From Octopus vulgaris (taxonomy: Eukaryota), in NCBI GenBank assembly GCA_951406725.2, contig OX597822.1:8184001-8248000 (forward strand): a stretch of DNA of 64,000 nt, written 5' to 3'. A model generated the notes under the pieces. It was not told the DNA's origin. It searched no databases and worked only from the letters and a program-made list of their open reading frames with translations. Positions 55,077-64,000 of this stretch are shown here, piece by piece. Each line of letters starts with the position of its first letter. Position 1 is the first letter of the stretch. The position numbers and the translations under genes were made by a program.

Positions 55077-56848
55077 ATAAATTTTAAATATATATATATA
55101 TATATTTTATTTTATTTTATCTTATTTATTTATTTATTTATTTATTTATTAAATAAAATAAAATAATATATATATATATATATATAAGTTTAAATTATTT
55201 AAATAATTTTTTTAAATTTTAACTTTAATTTAAATATCTTAATTTGGAATTTTATATTTTTCATATTTTATATTTTTTAATTAATTTTATTTCTATGTTT
55301 TGGCTTCTGACTTTCACTGTTTGATTTGCCTAATAGTGGTTTTATCTCTAATTTAATATAATATATATTTATACTATAAAATTAGATTTAATCCTAAATC
55401 TAATTTTTCCCTGTAAGTTTGGATTTACTCCCTAATATTATTATTATCATATATATATCATATTATAATATCCTTTTCGGTGGGCCAATGAGCGGTGCAC
55501 GGTACAAAACGTTTCCCCTCGTCAAATATAGCAAGCTTGTACAAATCGTTCCTAGACTATCCGTGTAAGTGGAGCCTGGTCAGGCTAGTTTATTTTGGTA
55601 TCGATTCCTATATGCTGTAAAATAAAGTAAAACAATATAGTGACATCGTAGAAAATCCATTTCTTATCATATATTAGGCAATTGTAAAACGTACGTCTGA
55701 AATCATTTCAAAACATAACCATTTGGTTTGACATCATTATTAGAACTTACACACACGCCCACGCACAGACACACGTACACACACATATACACACACACAT
55801 TTGCTTCTTTCTCTATATATTTTTACCAAGTTCACCTTGCCACTTTGCATTATTAATGCAGTAATGCTACAAGGTAAATTTCAACCCGTTATCGATGAAG
55901 GAAGATATCAAAAGTGCTGGCAAGTTGGGGAAAAAATGAAACGGAATGACACAAAAAGGCAAGAAAAAATCACTTAACGTGCATTACCAAATTTGTCGAT
56001 ATATAATTAACTACCTGTTGGTGGTAATTATAAATTAGAAAATTACATAGCAATGACAACTTAATATCACCTAGTTGCATATTCTAGCAATTATAATAAG
56101 AGAAGGGAATCATATTCCAAATAATAACCGTACAAAGCAATGGCAATTTTTGTAAGAAGCACCATTAGCATTTTATAACTGAGATTTGAATATACTTGTG
56201 TCTTTTTCTGTGTATTAATGTTTATGCATATGTGTGTGCGTGCAGTTTGGGCGCCAGCGTGTATCAGTGCGTGTATGTGTGTGTACAAAATATGTATATA
56301 TACATATCTTAATTTCTATGCGTGCATGCATCATACACAAACGCCCCTGTGTGTGTGCTTGCGTATGTGTGTGGGCATTAATATTTGAATATATATATGG
56401 CTCTTCCTCTACCTATGTTTGCATTTATCTATAAGTGTGTGTGAGAGTGCAGGAGTGCAGGGATGCAGGAGTACATGTGCGCGTATGTTGTGAGCGTATA
56501 TGTATATTTGGATAGAAGAACTCGCGGAGATATCAGCTAACAGCTGTGTTAATGTAACACTGTTATTTGCATATGATTAGAAACGCAAATAAGCATTAAA
56601 CAAATTAATGCACTTCCATATATTATTTATATCAAAACACGCTTTCTGCAACTTATAATTAATGAAATTGAGCTGAGCTGAATTATTGCATCCCCTGCAA
56701 TTAAAGTAAAATGTTTATATTTTTCTGCGTTCAATGATATACTGAAATGGTCTGTGCTACGTTTTAATTGTCAATCAAATATCAATTGATCCTTGCAAGG
56801 AACTGAGAACTTCTCTAGGGATTTATGTAAAGTAGCATCATCTGTGTT

Positions 56849-56886
56849 TATTAATAACATATGTACATCCGTATATATACAGACGA

Positions 56887-56922
<36 letters not shown>

Positions 56923-56954
56923 TCATCTATGTATATACGGATGTACATATGTTA

Positions 56955-56960
<6 letters not shown>
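56849..56960. repeat. palindrome centred on an (AT)n tract
   Basis: TATTAATAACATATGTACATCCGTATAT...GATGC(AT)nGCATC...ATATACGGATGTACATATGTTATTAATA. Confidence 0.88.
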
Positions 56961-57026
<66 letters not shown>

Positions 57027-57791
57027 TATAAAAACGTATTCTCTTACATGTACACAGCGCGTGAACTATATGTTAAGTTCTAACAACTTGTTACTGCTGT
57101 AGCTAAGAGTAATAATACTACATATGCATATGAGGATATGTATAACACTTACGCACACACACACACAAACACATACATATATATTATATGTATGCATATG
57201 TTTATATTTGTGTATATTTGTGTGTGTTACTGTCTTGACTTAATCTTATCTTCTATATGTATGTGTGTGAATGTGTGTGTGTATGTGTGCGTGTATTTGT
57301 AAATATCTATACGTCATGATTCCGCTAAAGTCGTAGCTGTTGTATGTCGGTAGAGATGTATATATTAATACGTAGAAATTCGATTTATTTTCAATTTTCG
57401 ATTTATTTCTTGCGTTTTGGCATGTACCTTTTATCATTTGTTTCTTCGCCATAAACACACACAAATACAAACACACAGACATACACTCACTCACCCGCAC
57501 ACATATATACGTATGATAATAATTAAGGACATTAGGCTAATCCAGAATTTGATCAATCCAGAGCTATCTGGATTTTTATGACTTTCCATTAGCTTACACC
57601 CTCGATTTCGACACGTGTGTAATTTTGTGCGATTTAAAGTGGTTGGACGATTTAGCGTCTCTTTTCAGGATATGGTAGATTTTTTTTCATGCTCTTAACT
57701 ATAATTATAAATATGATCTCACCTTAATAGGACTATTTTTGTATACTCGCCACTGATAAAATTTTAACGTGTATTATTATACGTGTGTACG

Positions 57792-57837
<46 letters not shown>

Positions 57838-57902
57838 CATATATATTTGTATATATATATATATGTATGTATATATATATATATATATGTATCTATATAT
57901 AC

Positions 57903-57949
<47 letters not shown>

Positions 57950-58147
57950 AGTAGATGACTGAATTATCCTATGTTTATCGTCAGCATAGAAAATTCGTTT
58001 AACCGAAACCTGGGTAGCAAATTCACGTCAGAAAACACAGTGGAAGCGACCTGTCAAGGGTAGAAACTGCGGGTTCATGTGAAGAAATTTGTGTGTTGTA
58101 TATGAATAAATGAAAGAATGCAGTCGAACGAAGATGTTAACAAAACT

Positions 58148-58240
58148 CCTTTACTCTCGACACATGTTTCGAAGACAGCATATTTTCATTCCGAAGGAAT
58201 AAAGGGTGCATTATGCAATCTTTTCATCAGGAAAGGAAGG
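58148..58240 (-). ncRNA. type I hammerhead ribozyme, GUC site (first stem II pair is an A.C mismatch)
   Basis: CUUUC-CUGAUGA-AAAGA...UCUUC-GAAA-CAUGUG-UC-GAGAG. Confidence 0.65.
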
Positions 58241-59159
58241 GAGCCTCTCTCGACAACAAAACAAACAAACATTTCGATGAATGCCTACATGGTAAACAAA
58301 GCGGTAATGAGTGTTTTTTTTTAAAATCCGTTAGAAGAATGGACGTCAAAAATGGATGGTAGGAGGAAGAGAAGGGATAAATTAATAATAGGTAGGGGAC
58401 AGTATGTTTGCTGTATGTATGGAAATGTGTGGGTGTTTACTTGTGTTAATGAGTGCGTGTGTTTGTGTGTGTGTGTATGTGTATGTGTGTGTATAACTGC
58501 ATTTGTGTCTGTATGTGTGATTGTGTGTGTGAGAGAGTGACAGACGTCAAAGATAGATAGTACTAAGGGAAGGTATAAAGGAGTAATAGAACTCTTCCAT
58601 ATTCTTTTCGCTAAGGTTCCCCTACTAAACACACTCATAGAAAAATCGTACAAATATAAACATTGGCAGAAACACACTTTCTACTCATATAAATGATAAC
58701 GATAATCAATGTGGTTTTAACAATTAGCTTCACATCCACGCCACTGCTATAGAGAAATTATTTCCTAAGCCTCCGAACATTCTTTCAATCAACGTACACT
58801 TCCCTCTCCACTTGTTCCCTACCTATTACTCCTTTATACCTACCGTTACTACTATCTATCTTTGACGTCTGTCTCTCTCTCACACACACAATCACACACA
58901 CAGACACAGATGCAGTTATACACACACACACACACAAACACACGCATTCATTAACACAAGTACACACCCACACATTTCCATACATACAGCAAACATACTG
59001 TCCCCTACCTATTATTAATTTATCCCTTCTCTTCCTCCTACTATCCATTTTTGACGTCAATTCTTCTAACGGATTTAAAAAAAAGACACTCATTACCGCT
59101 TTGTTTACCATGTAGGCATCCATCGAAATTTTTTTTTGTCTTGTTGTCGAGAGAGGCTC

Positions 59160-59252
59160 CCTTTCTTTCCTGATGAGAAGATTGCATAATGCACCCTTTA
59201 TTCCTTCAGAATGAAAATATGCTGACTTCGAAACATGTGTCGAGAGTAAAGG
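59160..59252 (+). ncRNA. type I hammerhead ribozyme, canonical GUC site
   Basis: CCUUUCUUUC-CUGAUGA-GAAG...CUUC-GAAA-CAUGUG-UC-GAGAGUAAAGG: perfect core, extended stem I, palindromic ACAUGU stem III. Confidence 0.82.
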
Positions 59253-59384
59253 AATTTTGTTAACATCTTCGTTCAACTCCATTCTTTCATTTATTCATAT
59301 GTATATATATATGTATATATATATATATATATGTATACATGCATATGTATATATATGTATACATATATATATATATATATGTAA

Positions 59385-59435
<51 letters not shown>

Positions 59436-59781
59436 CAGAGAGAGAGGTAGGTAGATAGCTAGACAGGCAGATAGATAGATAGATAGATAGATCGTTATGT
59501 ATACGTATTCATAAGCGAAGACAAACTGAGATGGGGAAAAATCCATTTAAGTATCGATTTTGACCAAATCTTTTTCAACGCTCTCACAACCTTTATATAT
59601 TGTGGCATTTCCATCACGATAGTTATCACAATGGCGAAGCCATATAGCAATATGACATGACTACCATCTATCTGCATATAATTCACCTCAACTCCCTCTC
59701 TCTCTCTCTTTGACTTATTGATATGTATATAAGTGTATGTACGGACATAGTCTTACATACGCACACATACGTATACACAGA

Positions 59782-60005
<224 letters not shown>

Positions 60006-63000
60006 AATGTAAATCGTGCGTATCTGGTGGTCATGTCATTGTCATGTAATCGCCCCCGTAAGATATGTAAATTTCACCCCAATCCTCGAGTGAAAACCAT
60101 AATGGAGCAATGTGCTTCGAAATCTGTCCATGAACTTTGACTAGAAGTGAGGGTGCTGCTTATTTGTTGCGTGTTAATCATGAAGTTCAACGTAAGTTCA
60201 CCTTACCTAATTGCTTTTATCAAATATACGTTGACAATGAATGAAGTGTGCTGGAAATACAGAAAGTGAAATCTGTTGCAGTTTGGTTCTAGGAAGATTT
60301 CTAAATCAAACTTACGGAGGTACATAATTTCACAAAAGCAAATGTGATGTTACAGCTAAAAATTTAACTGAGTTAAACTTGCACTGAGTTCCTAGTTTCT
60401 CACTAAACACTGATAGAATATCATGCATGATATAGCAGAGAAACCGTTCTATTCAACCATTGTGTATGCGTTAACGTCCCGCTTCGAAGATGACTCAGCT
60501 AGTAAAATTACTTAGCAGAACATGCCTAATATCAGAATTTGTTTTGAAATAAATTTCTTTTCTAAATATATTTGGCCACCGAATTTCTGCTATGTGTAAA
60601 TAGATTTCATACGCTCATGTTTGACGTTTGTGTGGCTTTCATATATGGTCTTCTATATGATAAATGAGATATGAAAGAAAATGGAGGTTAAATGCAAGGT
60701 TATTATATTATTTTACACTTGTACGATATCGTCATTGTCTGAGAGACAACCTATCGCCTAGCTTTCAGCATGAATTGATTTTCAATGCTCATTTGTAGCA
60801 ATTCATTGACTTGCGTAACATCTTGCGAAATTTAAGAACCATAGAATTCCAATCTCAATGCTATCACTGTCTTTAAGCTATGTATTTATCGATGGAAACA
60901 TATGCTTATGAAATGACCGACAATTGTCTTTATCTCACTTTTGTAGGAATCGGTTTTATTATTACATTTTATTACTTCGTAATATTAGAAAATCAAGAAT
61001 TACTTCTGCATTGGGGCAAAATGCAGCTAATGTATTCAAGGTATATCATATTACAACCCACAATCGCTGTTAGATATTGGTTGCTACCGAATTTATTTAC
61101 TTTGAATAAAAGTGCATATCTCGTAGCTACACTAATAATATTAGTAAGCCTACATCCGTGTCTTCTTGGGTGAAGTTGACATCAGCATTTTGAAACCAAC
61201 GCACCTCGTTTCGCTTCAAGGGATTTCAGTCTGGTAATGTACAAAGAAAATTCATGTCTGACACATATAAGGCATTTGCATACACACGTCTTCCTTCTTT
61301 CTTACAAGGAAACATTGATTTAGCAGTGTTTAATGCGTATACGAAAAGGAACATATGTATCTAACTGACACATATAAGACAGATGTATAATCCAAAAGGG
61401 TTGTGCTGTTACATTCCTCCTTTTTGTTTTGTTATATTAATGACTAAATAATCAATTTAATTTTGTTTACTATTATATTAGAATGTCCTAAATTAAATAA
61501 CGTAGGTCCGAGAAAACGGACGTTCACACTGCTGGACAGAGAGTAAAATCAGATGACGCCCTACCGTATCAAGCAAATACACATTGAATTATGCGCTCCG
61601 AAATAAAAACATATTAACCCACGATAAACTGCATTCCAAAATAGACAGGGCGGTCAAAGCTGGAATACTTCTCAAATTATCGGCTTTCTTCGTTGAACTC
61701 ACCTAGTTCTGCATGGCTACAACAAGAAATCTGTATATTTTATTGATTGCCTCTGCTATATGGGTCACCTCACGACATCACATTCTTGCAAATATATTAT
61801 CCTAGTAAGGAATATGGTGAATATATTTACGTCTTAATTTTGATATAAACCTACCTGTCCAGTGCTATTGTAAATACTGAAACTTATGTAACAATTTGCG
61901 TTTCAATAAAATGTAACTATCATATTTCTTGAGCTGTTTCAGTTTAAATGAAGATTACATACACTGATTTGCCAGCTTTAATTACAAAACTGCCTTTATT
62001 TATATCTTTTTACAATTTGATTAGAACTTCCTACGTTCTTCAATAATTATGTTAATATACTTAAAAACATATTTCTGTACCTAATCGCTGTCCTTTCACA
62101 TTAGTTAAAATGATATTTCCTTTTTTGCTTTTTGTTAAGAAATACCGCTGAATTAAACTTTGCTCATCATTTCTCCCCCGTAGAAGTACAGGTGTTACTT
62201 TAAACTATGTATTCATTCAGTAAATTTATGAATGAATTTATTATAGCTTCTTGGATATACAACAAATCATACACATATACTAAAGGCTGAATTATTTTTC
62301 CTTTTTTATTTTACATTGCATTACCAAAAGCATGATTTTACTGATGTCTATAGAACTCATATTGGGAGCAATTTTAGACTATATGCACATAGACTCTAAA
62401 GATAAATACACTTCAAATATTCTTGTATTTGAATAATTTAATAATTAATTCCAATATTGAAGTTAGCGTCCCTCACGCCAGATATACGTATTATATCAAA
62501 TGATATGCACGTAACCTTCAAATAATATCACAGGATACACAGATGAGTTTGCAGAGACGTGAAAAGTAAAAGACCAAAGTTTTGATGAACTTCCATATAC
62601 GAAATGGAATGTCAGCTTTTCAACAACGAATGAAATAATTACATGGCTTAAGAATCTAAAATACGATCATAACCTTTTATTTTAGAAATAGATGTTAAGA
62701 GAAATTCAGCCCTTAATATAGTGTTAAACGAAGCGAACTGACGATGACAAATGAATCTTGTGAGTAAATTCCATGTAAATCGTCAGAATTATTAACCGAA
62801 GAATATAAAATGAAACAATAATATACATGGTAATGTATATTAGGACAGAGACATTTAGGAGAAAAGAAAATATAATTTAAAAAAGAAAACAGCTAAAATG
62901 GAAAATCGATACCAAAATATTCTCATCTGAAGGAACATTTTGAATGGGGATGAGATTTTACTTTCGCTTCACCTTTACTGCAATGGGCCCATTTATATTT

Positions 63001-63741
63001 TGCTGAAGAATATCCATCCCCTATAGCAGAATTAGCACTTTATTCATAGAAAAGTTCCTTTGTTCTCATGCATCCTTAAAGGGAAAATTGGATTTAGTGT
63101 TTTATCAATTCTTACTCGCCCTGTTTTCAAGATTATCTTCAATAGAATTCTGTACAGAATTTTGTAATCTCACGTACGGACATCTTCATTGATTAAATAA
63201 TGAATGACGCTCGAAGAAGGAAGAAAGTAAAGCGTTATTCTGAACGATAGTAACATTTTATTTTGTTACTTCGCATTCTAAGAATATCAAATTGCTTAGA
63301 ATTCGGATTTTCAGCTTCATTGGTGACATAGAAAGTACTAAGTTAGATCGATGTATTTTCGCATATACATATTCCCATACACATGCAAATAGTACATTCA
63401 CCCACGCGCGTACACACAATCAGATACAAGTACACACACATAGACGCATACATAAGAACACACACATTGACAGATGCTCATATATGTGTGTATGTATCCG
63501 CCTAAGCGTCGAGTAACAAGAATATCTGCATTCGCAAATGAAAGTGGAAAAATGCATAAGTGTGCCACCGAAATCTGAAATGAAAAAGAATCCTGCATGT
63601 TTCCTCTCTCATTTAGCCACTGATGGCTTATTTAAGCAAATTATTGCGATAATTTTTACGGTCGAATTCTATTACATTTTAGAGGAATGCTTATTAAATA
63701 GCAAGGAATTGTCGAACTTTGAAGAAAGTTATATCATAACA

Positions 63742-63765
63742 GTAATAATAATAATAATAATAATA

Positions 63766-63822
<57 letters not shown>

Positions 63823-63831
63823 GTAATAATA

Positions 63832-63870
<39 letters not shown>

Positions 63871-63876
63871 GTAATA

Positions 63877-63946
<70 letters not shown>
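63742..63946. repeat. (AAT)n trinucleotide microsatellite
   Basis: Visible repeat with occasional AGT units. Confidence 0.97.
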
Positions 63947-63948
<2 letters not shown>

Positions 63949-64000
63949 CCATATACAGAAAGATAGATTCGAATAGGCCACATATTATATTGAAGGACTT

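Larger units (their letters stand above)
58100..59300. mobile_element. fold-back, HHR-bearing non-autonomous element with ~480-490-bp inverted arms
   Basis: 58100-58589 is the reverse complement of 58823-59300; ~230-bp spacer; the right end abuts (TA)n. The matching ORFs 58118/58352(+) and 58785(-) confirm the inversion. Confidence 0.88.

Noticed and set aside
55505-55530. Minus-strand UUGACGA-GGG-GAAACGUU
   Set aside because: No stem II or stem I; at most a deleted remnant.
58785-59282. 165-aa ORF with a mirrored copy at 58118-58540
   Set aside because: It is antisense to the HHR, includes a TG repeat and is frameshifted in the other arm; a by-product of the inverted repeat.

Overview
AT-rich, microsatellite-dense eukaryotic non-coding DNA. 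The SINE families, (TA)n/(CA)n/(GTAT)n tracts and Penelope-like elements strongly resemble a cephalopod (Octopus-like) genome; this is an inference from repeat content. I found no credible host protein-coding exon. Most supplied ORFs (YIYI, THTH, MYVC, poly-I) are microsatellite read-through. The window is a transposon graveyard: three tRNA-headed SINE families, Penelope-like RT and GIY-YIG remnants, CR1-like, RTE/BovB-like and R4/Dong-like LINE fragments, mariner and Tc1 remnants, several MITEs (Tc1/pogo-like, piggyBac-like) and two non-autonomous Helitrons. The most interesting signal is a set of minimal type I hammerhead ribozyme (HHR) motifs from several unrelated sequence families. Four sit in the arms of long non-coding fold-back elements abutting (TA)n tracts (38765-39605 and 58100-59300), one HHR per strand. 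Others carry core variants (CCGACGA, CUGUUGA, UUGAUAA). All structures were folded by eye, and coordinates are hand-counted and may be off by a few bases.
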